From the NCBI GenBank assembly GCA_040260805.1, contig JBDQPD010000039.1:1-28865 (forward strand): a stretch of DNA of 28,865 nt, written 5' to 3'. Within the stretch, counting starts at the first letter, position 1. Each line of letters opens with the position of its first letter. Shown here piece after piece: positions 1 through 8,876 of this stretch. Source of the stretch: Myxococcota bacterium. GTDB lineage: Bacteria; Myxococcota; UBA4151. The notes under the pieces are model-generated. The model was not told the origin of the DNA and did not search any database. It was given only the letters and a program-made list of their open reading frames with translations. Made by a program: the position numbers and the translations under genes.

Positions 1-923
1 CACGCCGTCCAAGGCAGAGCGGCGACGGGTAAGACGACCGGTGCGCCCATACCCACGAGTTTGACCAGCGCCTTGAGCGGGCTGTAATGCGCTAAGATCC
101 CGTACGCATTCTTCTCAAAGCCTCGGATCATGGCGCCCATCGACGGGTACCATTCAACCTGAGCGATGGCGTTTCCATAGACCAGCTGACAGCGCCCGCC
201 GGCGGCTTTGAGGAGCGCGCCCAAGGCGAAGTCGTCGGCGACCTCGAGCCGCAGCCACTCGAATCCATGACTCGCCTCTAGCGTCGTCCGGCGCACCAGA
301 TTATAGCCGCCGACCCCGACACCGTCGGGCTTGTTGGGGTCGTAGACAGCGGCTGGCGAGACCAAGAACATCAGGTGCATGTGAAAGTTCGCAATGCAGC
401 CATTCGCCAGGGCGCTTCGGCCCGAAAGATCTGGACACACAGGGAGATGATCCAAGCCCTCACTCTGCGCGTAGCCGACGGTTCGCTTGAGCGCATCAGG
501 CGCTAAGTGGACGTCGGCGTCGGTGAACAAAATCCAATCCCCTGAGCTCGCCTTTTGACCCAGGTGGAGGGCATGCACTTTGCCCAGCCAGCCCTCAGGC
601 AACTCCTCGTTATGAACAGCAACAATACGTGGGTCGAGCGCTGCGGCCTGATCGATCACGGCGCCGGTTTGGTCGGTGGATCGATCGTTGACGACGATCA
701 GCTCAAGGTCTGGGTAGTCCAGCGCGCTCAGGGTCTTGAGCGCGGGGCCAATGGTCTCGCCTTCGTTGCATGCAGGGACGACAATCGAGACCTTCGGAAA
801 GCGCTCTAAATCACGCCTTGGCAGGTCCTCAAAATTGCTGATGTGCCGCTGCCGGATCCCTGCGAGAAAAACGGCGGCGACTTGGAAAGCTGCGCAGGTT
901 ATGGCTAGATAAATCAGGGTCAA
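1..923 (-). CDS. Glycosyltransferase family 2 (HpnB/CrtQ-like), 3' end runs off the window
   Basis: Not in the ORF track; translated by hand from TTG at 923 with GGAG upstream: MTLIYLAITCAAFQVAAVFLAG...KVSIVVPACNEGETI...LIVVNDRSTDQT...LPEGWLGKVHAL...DWILFTDADV...VADDFALG. N-terminal hydrophobic helix, GT2 VSIVVPAxNE, DxSTD, DAD and DD motifs. Confidence 0.9.
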   Translation of the reverse strand, partial: MTLIYLAITCAAFQVAAVFLAGIRQRHISNFEDLPRRDLERFPKVSIVVPACNEGETIGPALKTLSALDYPDLELIVVNDRSTDQTGAVIDQAAALDPRIVAVHNEELPEGWLGKVHALHLGQKASSGDWILFTDADVHLAPDALKRTVGYAQSEGLDHLPVCPDLSGRSALANGCIANFHMHLMFLVSPAAVYDPNKPDGVGVGGYNLVRRTTLEASHGFEWLRLEVADDFALGALLKAAGGRCQLVYGNAIAQVEWYPSMGAMIRGFEKNAYGILAHYSPLKALVKLVGMGAPVVLPVAALPWTA

Positions 924-1010
924 ACGCTGCTCTCCGTGGGGTGCAGGTATGCGTTAGGCTGGAGCGTAAGCGCAAGGCGACGTCGTTTGCTGGGATTTGG
1001 GAGGTCATCG

Positions 1011-1739
1011 ATGAGCATGCGCACCGTGACGGCGATGGTCGCTTGGGTCGGCGCGGCGTACGGCCTGGGCTGCTCGGATGATGGCTTGAGCAGCGACCAG
1101 GCTCGGCGCGCCGAGGTGACGGCTTGCCTGACGGTGGGTGATTGCCCTGGGGATACCCTCTGCCATCGTGGCGTCTGCGTGGTGGAGAGCTGCGAAGAGA
1201 CCGGTAATTGCGCCGAGGGCTTGGTGTGTGAAGACCGTCGCTGCCAGCCCCGCGGTGATGGTCGCTGCACGCGTGAAGAGGACTGTGAGCTTCACCTGAC
1301 CTGCACCGTAGGCGGCGACGGGTTGAACCAGTGCCTACCGGTGCCCTGTGAGCAGGACCTCGATTGCCGAGGGCGAGATGCTCGCTGCAACACCCAGACC
1401 CTGACCTGCGAGCCGGACAACCGCCCTCGCTGCGTGACCGATCGAGATTGTCCCTGGGACACTGCGAGTCGCTGCAATCGCTTACTTCGACGCTGCGAGC
1501 TCAAAGAAGACGAGGGGGCTTGCGCAGGCGATATTTGGTGTGAGCAAGGGCAGCGCTGTGATCGTGAGACGCGCAACTGCATTGATCCGGAAGCCTGTCG
1601 CTACGATCTGGACTGCCGAATCGATCATCGCTGCGTCGAGACGAGGTGCCGAGCACACCAGCTTGGCGATGCGTGCCGATACGACAGCGATTGCCCTGAT
1701 GAGGGTATGTGTACGGAGCAGCAATGCATCGTGCGCTGA
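1011..1739 (+). CDS. Cysteine-rich repeat lipoprotein A (8 four-Cys repeats)
   Basis: ATG 1011 with GGGAGG RBS; signal peptide ending GLGC (lipobox); eight C-x5-C-x5/7-C-x4/9-C units, often CxxDxDC. Confidence 0.85.
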   Translation: MSMRTVTAMVAWVGAAYGLGCSDDGLSSDQARRAEVTACLTVGDCPGDTLCHRGVCVVESCEETGNCAEGLVCEDRRCQPRGDGRCTREEDCELHLTCTVGGDGLNQCLPVPCEQDLDCRGRDARCNTQTLTCEPDNRPRCVTDRDCPWDTASRCNRLLRRCELKEDEGACAGDIWCEQGQRCDRETRNCIDPEACRYDLDCRIDHRCVETRCRAHQLGDACRYDSDCPDEGMCTEQQCIVR

Positions 1740-2593
1740 TCCTGCTGAGTCTGTTGTCGTGCGCTCCAAGCCCGGAGTCGCCCTGGGCGGCGGACCGGGG
1801 CAGTCACGGCGACTGCCTAGAAGATCGTGAATGCCCGAATGGTTGGATCTGCGACCAAGGGGTATGCAGCGCAGGCGGGTGCACCGCCGATGATCAATGC
1901 GGACCGAATGAAGCGTGTGATCATGGACGCTGTCTTCCTGTCGACGAAGCCGACTGCAGGACGCTCGGATGCGCCGATGGATCGGTCTGCCATTCGCAGA
2001 CCAGGCGATGTGTCGAGCCGCTGGCTCAAGGCTGTGCGAGCGACCTTGATTGCCCAGCGGGTGAGGTCTGCGATGCGCTGAGCGGGGGTTGTGGTCCAGC
2101 GATTGGGTCGACCTGCAATGACGATGCGCAATGCCCTTTGCACGCTCGCTGCGAGGCGATCGATGAATCGGTTCGTCGCTGCGTCGAGTTTGCCTGTCAG
2201 TCCGATGCCGACTGCGCTGAGCGGTCAGCTCGCTGCGATCGCCGGACACGGCGCTGTATGCCGCGGCAGGGGCAGGGTTGCGAGATCGACGCCGACTGCC
2301 CCGAGATCGACGGGAAAATGGGCTGGTGTAATCGCCGTGAGCGGCGCTGCTTTAATGCCGAAGAGGAGCAGTTTTGCTTGGACGACTGGGCTTGCGCCGA
2401 GGGAGAGCGCTGTGACCGCGAGGCGTCACTGTGCATCCCGGTCAACAGCTGCACGGAGGACCTAGAGTGCCCGCCGCGGCAGCGCTGTCAGTCGAGCCGC
2501 TGCTCGGTCGCTCGAACAGGAGACCCTTGCGATCACGACAGCGTCTGCCCGATCAACGACCGCTGCGTGCAAGGGCGCTGCCAGAGCCCCTAA
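1724..2593 (+). CDS. Cysteine-rich repeat lipoprotein B (10 four-Cys repeats), paralog of A
   Basis: ATG 1724 with GGAG RBS, overlapping the end of gene A by 16 nt; MHRALILLSLLSC lipobox; ten four-Cys units. Confidence 0.85.
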   Translation: MHRALILLSLLSCAPSPESPWAADRGSHGDCLEDRECPNGWICDQGVCSAGGCTADDQCGPNEACDHGRCLPVDEADCRTLGCADGSVCHSQTRRCVEPLAQGCASDLDCPAGEVCDALSGGCGPAIGSTCNDDAQCPLHARCEAIDESVRRCVEFACQSDADCAERSARCDRRTRRCMPRQGQGCEIDADCPEIDGKMGWCNRRERRCFNAEEEQFCLDDWACAEGERCDREASLCIPVNSCTEDLECPPRQRCQSSRCSVARTGDPCDHDSVCPINDRCVQGRCQSP

Positions 2594-2595
2594 GC

Positions 2596-4680
2596 TCAAT
2601 CACTAAGCTTAATACTTTTGACGAGCTCTTTGAGCGCTTCGCGTTTGCTGTGAATCGTGTCGTCAAGGGTAACGAGTTGCGCGTTGATCTTGGCGATAGC
2701 GCTCTCGTTTTTGCCTAGACGCGTGCTGAACTTCTGGATGAGTGAGCGGTTCACTTTGGCTTCGCCGAGCGTCGAGATGTTGCGACGGAGTCGCTTCTGC
2801 TCTTCATTGATTCGGTTGCGTTTCTCCACCAACTGTCCACGCTGACGGTCGAGCTCGTTGAGCTCCTTGGTGGCTTGACGCACCGTCTGGATCGCTTGTT
2901 TGACCTTCGCTGGGGCGTCACCCTCTAGATAGAGCTCCAGCGCTTCACGAGCGAGTCGGTTTTTCCATTGGAAGGTGCGAGGCGCGGTCTGCTCGTCGGT
3001 CACCTCAATGACGCTGGTGTCGCCGTCAATCGTCGCAGGGACATACCAAGCGTTGTTGTGCTCACGGGTATCTTTGGGTGGGTTTTTGAGGCTCCAGCCG
3101 TCGCGTTTGACGATGCGAAGATAGAGCCTAGAGGGTGCGTCTTTGGTGAGCCGCGTGACCTCAAATTTCTGTGTGCGCCGCTGGCGAATCTCGCAGCGAA
3201 TCCGCCCCCCAACAATGGCGAGCAGTTTGGTGCTTTCCCTCTTTTGACTCATCGTACTTTTGATCGAGATGCCGCGTTCAAGCGAGAAAGGGAGGAAGGT
3301 TTCGGCGTCGGCTTCGATGCGATTAAAGACGCCCGAACCGACAAACATACCGTTGGACAAAACGGTCACGGGGCCGCCTTGCAGCATGTACCCAGTGTCG
3401 TTTTTAAACCGAACCGCCCGGTAGGGGTGGTTGCGTGCATCACCACCGGCGTCGGGGCGGTACAAGAGCAGGTCCTCGCCCTCGATTTTACGATTCACCA
3501 GACTCACCAGCGTGCTCGAGCGGTCGGGGACGGTGACTCGACCCGGTACGTCATAACGGAACAGCCCTCGCATCGCCTGACCTTGAGCCCCGGCGCCGCC
3601 AGCGTTCGCGAAGTCACCCATGCTTATCTTTCCGCGAGCAGCACTTGAGATTTTTCCACCCCCGCTGCCAGAGCCTATCATGGCACCCCTTCCTCTTACG
3701 CCGCCACGTCGTGAGAAGGCGTCTTCGCTGAAATTGGCGATGGACCCGCTTTGCTTCGCTCGTCTTTTACGCATTTTTTCTAAATGTTTGTCCGGCGATC
3801 CGACGGCTGCAGCAGCGACGGGCGCGGTCGCTTGACCGTGCTGGACCCCGACCGATGGGCGCTGGACAAAGTGTGGTTTATGCAAGTCATAGCGAAAGCT
3901 GATCGGCGAGCCGCTGGAGAGCGACAACTCGACTTGATCCCAATCCTCACCGCTGGTGTTGTCAACGACCGCCCAGCCCTGGAGCAACGCGCCTTCTTCG
4001 GCGCTGCCGAGCACCAACCGGTAGGCCGGCTTCCAGGTGGGCATCTCGGCGACGTAGCTGACCAAAAGATCGTGTTTGCCGGCATGGTCAAAGCGAACAG
4101 CGAGCTCGACCGGCTTCCATTTGCCTTGGTTCAAGCTGTGGTCGAGGACCTTCTCAAGACCCACTTGAAGGGGGCGGTCGAGCAGTTTGACTCGACGAAT
4201 GGCGCTGAGCGGGATGTGCGCAATCTCGCCTTCGTTGGCGAGCGCGAGATGAACCTCTTCACCTTGCTTTTCGATGCCGACGACCCGACCCGTTAGGGTG
4301 CCGAAATCTTGGCTGGTTGTGAGCGAAAGCCGCGCCCCTCGAAAGGCAGAGAGCAAACTCTTTAGACCCCCATTTTGGCGGACTTGGGGCGGCAGCTCAT
4401 CCAGCCGCTGAGCGGCGCTCTTGTCGATGGGCAGGCTGATGGATTGGCTGCGTCCGCCGGCCCGATCGATGACGGTCAACGAGGTGAGTAAGTCGTTGAT
4501 CTGTTCACTGCGGACCGCCAAGCGAAGGGTGTCGCCGTGCATCGGACCTGAGCGCTCAAAGTACCCGATGCCGTTTTGGTACAAGACGACTCTTTTGACC
4601 GGGAGCGGATCGGAGGCACCCGATTGTCCATGAGCGCACGCAAGAAACTGAACCAACATCATCAAGACCACGAAGCGCAT
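2596..4680 (-). CDS. DUF4139/DUF4140-type lipoprotein with C-terminal coiled coil
   Basis: 694 aa; lipobox FLAC; LPVKRVVLYQNGIGYFER, SYVAEMPTWKPAYRL and LQGWAVVDNTSGEDWDQVELSLSSGSP match DUF4139-type proteins; heptad-rich C-terminus; AGGAG RBS. Confidence 0.85.
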   Translation of the reverse strand: MRFVVLMMLVQFLACAHGQSGASDPLPVKRVVLYQNGIGYFERSGPMHGDTLRLAVRSEQINDLLTSLTVIDRAGGRSQSISLPIDKSAAQRLDELPPQVRQNGGLKSLLSAFRGARLSLTTSQDFGTLTGRVVGIEKQGEEVHLALANEGEIAHIPLSAIRRVKLLDRPLQVGLEKVLDHSLNQGKWKPVELAVRFDHAGKHDLLVSYVAEMPTWKPAYRLVLGSAEEGALLQGWAVVDNTSGEDWDQVELSLSSGSPISFRYDLHKPHFVQRPSVGVQHGQATAPVAAAAVGSPDKHLEKMRKRRAKQSGSIANFSEDAFSRRGGVRGRGAMIGSGSGGGKISSAARGKISMGDFANAGGAGAQGQAMRGLFRYDVPGRVTVPDRSSTLVSLVNRKIEGEDLLLYRPDAGGDARNHPYRAVRFKNDTGYMLQGGPVTVLSNGMFVGSGVFNRIEADAETFLPFSLERGISIKSTMSQKRESTKLLAIVGGRIRCEIRQRRTQKFEVTRLTKDAPSRLYLRIVKRDGWSLKNPPKDTREHNNAWYVPATIDGDTSVIEVTDEQTAPRTFQWKNRLAREALELYLEGDAPAKVKQAIQTVRQATKELNELDRQRGQLVEKRNRINEEQKRLRRNISTLGEAKVNRSLIQKFSTRLGKNESAIAKINAQLVTLDDTIHSKREALKELVKSIKLSD

Positions 4681-4815
4681 TGAGTATTCTCCTGCTGGTT
4701 AGGTTGAGGCCTTGCAGTGCCCTGAGTCAATCTCGCTGTGAGCGGGTTTACACGACGACTTGATAGAGGCAGAGTCGGGAGCATAAAACCGATGCCCTTC
4801 GGGAAGGATCTACTC

Positions 4816-5601
4816 ATGATGCGATGGTTAATTGTTGGTGCTCTACTCGCCGCTCCTCAAGCCGCTGAGGCGAGGCGTAAAGCCCCCGTGAACTCGGTCT
4901 CATTTGGGGTCGGTACGTTCCCTATTCAGATCTCAGGCTTGACGGATGTGCATCTCAGCGATGGGGACACGTTCCCTGCCGCCGAAGGGCGCTTGAACCT
5001 TGAGCTTGGACGGCACAACACCGACGGTCCGGGCTTGTTGCCTGCCGGTAAGTTCGGCTTCACGCTGGGCCGCGGCATGATCCTTGGCGCTTTTGATCTG
5101 TACGCTGGCGCAGCCAATGGCGTGACCGGCGCAGCCGCTTTGATCGGGGTGGACATCAGGGTCAAGCAGCGCAACTTCACGATCGGTGTGCCGCTTCGCA
5201 TCGGCGCGATCACGGCGGGTGCAGATTTGGGTACAGCGACGCTGCTCCCTGGCGCCACCGGACCTGTAATCCTTGAGCAGGGCACCATCAACGAAGGCGA
5301 CGCCCTCAACGCCTCGATCAATGGCGTGATGGCGAGCGCTGGTGTGTTGGGTGAGCTCTGGATCACCAAGCAGCTGGCGATTCGGGGTGAAGCCAGTATT
5401 CAGCAGGGCGCCTTCTCGGGCTTTACGATCAGAGCGGGTACGGACGATCCCGACACGACCGAAGAGGACGAGCGCGTCGCCATTGACGGTGACGACATCG
5501 CCATTAAGAAGACGGACGGAAGTCTCGATCAAGCGGACATGAACCCAGCTGGCGGTACCTTCGGGGTGTCCGGCTTTGTGGGGGTCACCCTCAAGTTCTA
5601 G
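4816..5601 (+). CDS. Putative outer-membrane beta-barrel protein
   Basis: ATG 4816 after AAGGA; SPI-like signal peptide (AAEA); Gly-rich alternating hydrophobic strands; C-terminus GFVGVTLKF is a typical BAM-type beta-signal. Confidence 0.7.
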   Translation: MMRWLIVGALLAAPQAAEARRKAPVNSVSFGVGTFPIQISGLTDVHLSDGDTFPAAEGRLNLELGRHNTDGPGLLPAGKFGFTLGRGMILGAFDLYAGAANGVTGAAALIGVDIRVKQRNFTIGVPLRIGAITAGADLGTATLLPGATGPVILEQGTINEGDALNASINGVMASAGVLGELWITKQLAIRGEASIQQGAFSGFTIRAGTDDPDTTEEDERVAIDGDDIAIKKTDGSLDQADMNPAGGTFGVSGFVGVTLKF

Positions 5602-5693
5602 AGCGCGCTCACGATCAAAGCGGCGCCCACTGTGCGATGACGCATTGACGCTCCGAGCACCGTTGTTGACTGATTCAGCGATGGACGCTGGTG

Positions 5694-6767
5694 TTAGTCC
5701 TGGCAGGCTCTGTACGCCTGAATAAAGCTCAGGTAGCTGATGTACGTGGTGTCGCAGACCGATTCACGAATTCGGCAAAACCCCTCATTGCAGCGCTGGT
5801 CGTCGTTGCATTCGCTGTCTTGCGCACACGCGACGTCGGTGCGGCAATCCATGATGGCTCCCTCGCTGCAATCAAAGCCTGGGCAGGGGAAGGTGATCTT
5901 GGCTTGACCGTCGTGATGAACGCCGGTGCCGACGCCCTCGGGTACCGACTCAATATCTTCAAGGGCACCATAGACCGCAAAGGGTCGAAAGCCATGCTGC
6001 AGAGGTTTGGTCAGCAAAAGGCTGTTGAGCGGCTCGTCTTTGTCGATGAGGTGGTTGGTGATCACCGTGAACATCGAGGTGAGCGCGATGGCGCGGTGTT
6101 CAGGGTTGTCCCAGTCTGCCTCGAACAAGTCTTTCAAGAAGTTGGTCGCCGGGCTGTCGTCCTCTTGCCCATGACAGCTAATGCACCGACCGCGATCGAC
6201 GACCACGGAATCCCAATACTGAACCAAAAGGTCTTCTTCGCTGCAGTTACCTGTCGGCGTGCGCGCCGTGCTCGGGGCGCCGGTTCCAGATTTGCATGGG
6301 TCCTCGATCGAGCCGCACACCGAGTCATGGCATTGCGCCGACCATTCAAGCCACTCAAGGATCGCTGCGTGCTCTGTCTCGACGCTAAAGGCTGAGCTCG
6401 CCGGGTCGCCCATCATGATGCGCCCAAGAATTTCGCTGTCCGCTGGGCTCTCGAGATTGGCGGCGCCGGATTGCACCATGCAGGCCATGGTCTGACAGGG
6501 TGTATCTTGCGCATACACACTCATATCGATGCCGGTCATATGGCATTCAGAGCAGCTGGTCGACTGCATACCCGAGACAAAGGGCTCGACGTAGTGTTCG
6601 TACAATGTGGTCAGTCGATCATCGGTGCAGTCTAAGGGCTGGGTCACTCCAGCGTCAGCGCTAGGAACCGTTGGCGGTATGATGGGTGGATCCGAGGGGC
6701 GATCGGCCTGACAACCAACCGACAGACAGAGGGATCCAATTATAATGGTGCGCAGGGTCATGGGCAT
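5694..6767 (-). CDS. Di-heme c-type cytochrome lipoprotein (two Planctomycete-cytochrome-like domains) with C-terminal four-Cys module
   Basis: Lipobox SVGC; two CXXCH motifs (CSECH, CISCH), each followed by a P-x-x-S-x-[IL]-L segment (SPADSEILGRI, EPLNSLLLTKP). Confidence 0.75.
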   Translation of the reverse strand: MPMTLRTIIIGSLCLSVGCQADRPSDPPIIPPTVPSADAGVTQPLDCTDDRLTTLYEHYVEPFVSGMQSTSCSECHMTGIDMSVYAQDTPCQTMACMVQSGAANLESPADSEILGRIMMGDPASSAFSVETEHAAILEWLEWSAQCHDSVCGSIEDPCKSGTGAPSTARTPTGNCSEEDLLVQYWDSVVVDRGRCISCHGQEDDSPATNFLKDLFEADWDNPEHRAIALTSMFTVITNHLIDKDEPLNSLLLTKPLQHGFRPFAVYGALEDIESVPEGVGTGVHHDGQAKITFPCPGFDCSEGAIMDCRTDVACAQDSECNDDQRCNEGFCRIRESVCDTTYISYLSFIQAYRACQD

Positions 6768-6814
6768 CGCTCGTGGCGTCGTGGTAAGTTGGTGGACGTT
6801 ATCGCATTCTGAAT

Positions 6815-6829
6815 TGGCGCGCCAGTCGC
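6815..6829 (+). promoter_or_regulatory. Possible sigma-54 (-24/-12) promoter upstream of the cyclase
   Basis: TGGCGCG-CCAG-TCGC has GG-N10-GC spacing and two mismatches to TGGCACG-N4-TTGC. It also contains the palindrome TGGCGCGCCA. Could be chance in GC-rich DNA. Confidence 0.25.
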
Positions 6830-6892
6830 GTCAGCCTGCCGACGGGGCTTCCCGTTGTGCCTAGGGTTGGTTAGATCACGGGCTGATCGAGG

Positions 6893-8803
6893 ATGGACCT
6901 CCGAGGCTTATGGACGATGACCGGAATTTGGATCGCGCTGGGCGCCTTGCTCTCTGCTGCCGCAGGGTTTGTGTTCTTCAAGCAACAGCTGCTCGCTCGG
7001 GTCAACGAGCGGATGACCTTCGTGCAACGGCGCGAAGGGCGCCTACTTGAGGTGACCACCGCAATTTCTGAAGAGCTTCAGCTGCGGCCTTTGCTGCTCA
7101 AAATCATCGAGGCAGTCTGCGAAATCCTCAACGCCGACCGCGCGACGCTCTTCTTATTCGATGAAGCCTCCGACGAGCTGTGGAGCGACGTTGCGCTCGG
7201 ACTTGATGAGTCGCAGATTATTCGATTTCCCGCCTCCGCCGGCATTGCGGGCAGTGTTTTTAGTACAGGAAAAACGATCAACATCACCGACGCCTACGCC
7301 GACAGCCGGTTTAACCAAGCGGTGGACAAGAAGACCGGCTACACCACGCGAACGATCCTTTGTCAGCAGGTTCACACCAAAGCGGGGCGACCGATCGGCG
7401 TGATCCAGGTGCTCAACAAACAAGGCGACGAAGGTGATGAACCTGAAGCGGTTATTTTCGACGACGCCGACGAGCGAAACTTGCGAGCTTTTACTGCTCA
7501 AGCGGCGGTTGCTCTAGAAAATGCTCAGCTGTTTGAAGAGGTGATGAACGTCAAAAACTTCAACGAGGCTGTGCTCCAGTCGATGGCGAATGGTTTGGTG
7601 ACGATCGACGCTGGAGGCTATCTGACCAAGGCGAATCGAGCGGCTTTGGATGTGCTCAAGTTCGATGGGCTTGAGGCCGTGGTTGGAAAGAACTTAGAGC
7701 AGGTGTTTCCTGACGCAAACGGCTGGGCAGCTGAGATGGTGCGAAAGGTGATCGCTGATGGCGGCGAGGATTCAAACCTTGACACGCGCCTGGTGGTCGG
7801 CGGGACCGAGGAAGAGCCCGAGTACCTGAACTGCAACTTTTCGGCGCAGCCGCTGCGCAACGCGAAGGAAGAGGGGATCGGCGCGTTGGTGGTGATCGAA
7901 GACATCACAGGTGAGAAGCGCCTCAAGTCGACGATGGCTCGCTACATGCCCAAGGAGGTCGCCGATCGGCTGCTCGAAGATGGCGACTCTGCGCTCGGAG
8001 GGGCGCTGCAAGAAACGACGATTCTGTTCTCTGATATTCGCTCCTTTACCTCGCTTTCAGAGCAGGTTGGACCGGTCGAAACGGTCCAGATGCTCAACGA
8101 ATATTTTGGGATTATGGTCGATCAGATCATGAGCAATGACGGCATCTTGGACAAGTACATCGGCGATGCGATTATGGCGGTATTTGGAGCGCCCTTCGCC
8201 ACGGGTAAAGATGCGGACAACGCGCTGACTTCGGCGATCAATATGCACATGGCGCTGGGGCACTTTAATCAACTGCGTCGGATGGATGGAAAGTTTCCCA
8301 TTGAGATTGGCATCGGCTTAAACACGGGCGAAGTGGTCTGCGGAAACATCGGCAGTTCTCGTCGTATGGACTACACGGTGATCGGTGACGGTGTGAACTT
8401 GGCGGCGCGACTTGAGAGCGCCACCAAGACCTACGGCGCTAAAATTTTGATCAGTGAAAGTACCGTCGCAGGGCTGCAAAAGGGGTACGTGATCCGGGAG
8501 GTCGACTTGCTCCGGGTCAAGGGTAAGACCAAGCCGGTCGCAGTGTATGAGGCGCTCGACTGGACCGCCGCTTACCCTGAGCAAGCTTTCCCCAATCGAG
8601 ATGCGGTTTTGCACCATTTTCAGATTGGCACTGAGTATTATAAGGGGCGCTCTTTTGATCAGGCTCGGCAGAGTTTTAGCAAAGCGCTTCAGCTCCACCC
8701 AGATGACAAGGTCGCGAAACTGTACCTGGATCGCTGCGCAGCATTTATGACCACGCCACCCGCCGATGATTGGGACGGCGTGTGGACGATGAAGACCAAA
8801 TAA
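6893..8803 (+). CDS. Class III adenylate cyclase, TM-GAF-PAS-cyclase-TPR
   Basis: N-terminal TM helix; GAF with NK...FxxxDE; PAS-like segment; catalytic FSDIRSFT, LDKYIGDA (Lys typical of ATP specificity), DYTVIGDGVNLAARLE, VKGK; C-terminal TPR-like helix pair and WDGVW tail. Start may instead be 6917. Confidence 0.93.
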   Translation: MDLRGLWTMTGIWIALGALLSAAAGFVFFKQQLLARVNERMTFVQRREGRLLEVTTAISEELQLRPLLLKIIEAVCEILNADRATLFLFDEASDELWSDVALGLDESQIIRFPASAGIAGSVFSTGKTINITDAYADSRFNQAVDKKTGYTTRTILCQQVHTKAGRPIGVIQVLNKQGDEGDEPEAVIFDDADERNLRAFTAQAAVALENAQLFEEVMNVKNFNEAVLQSMANGLVTIDAGGYLTKANRAALDVLKFDGLEAVVGKNLEQVFPDANGWAAEMVRKVIADGGEDSNLDTRLVVGGTEEEPEYLNCNFSAQPLRNAKEEGIGALVVIEDITGEKRLKSTMARYMPKEVADRLLEDGDSALGGALQETTILFSDIRSFTSLSEQVGPVETVQMLNEYFGIMVDQIMSNDGILDKYIGDAIMAVFGAPFATGKDADNALTSAINMHMALGHFNQLRRMDGKFPIEIGIGLNTGEVVCGNIGSSRRMDYTVIGDGVNLAARLESATKTYGAKILISESTVAGLQKGYVIREVDLLRVKGKTKPVAVYEALDWTAAYPEQAFPNRDAVLHHFQIGTEYYKGRSFDQARQSFSKALQLHPDDKVAKLYLDRCAAFMTTPPADDWDGVWTMKTK

Positions 8804-8876
8804 TCGACTCTTGAGCGTGCCTCTGGTGGTGCAGCCACTCGATTTAGCCTATCTTGGGGTATCGAGGAGTCTGCAG

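Noticed and set aside
936..1010. Upstream extensions in the ORF track (936, 1709, 4738, 8811, 11761, 15198, 16792, 17939, 25653, 26174)
   Set aside because: Downstream starts have better RBS and place the signal peptide or family N-terminus at the start.
1011..2593. Cys-rich proteins as multiheme cytochromes, ferredoxins or RiPP precursors
   Set aside because: No CXXCH or CxxCxxC motifs; they carry lipoboxes, and no radical SAM, YcaO or transporter genes are adjacent.
1..2593. GT2 acting on the divergently encoded Cys-rich lipoproteins
   Set aside because: Only adjacency supports it; the GT2 looks like the lipid/carotenoid/hopanoid-modifying membrane type.
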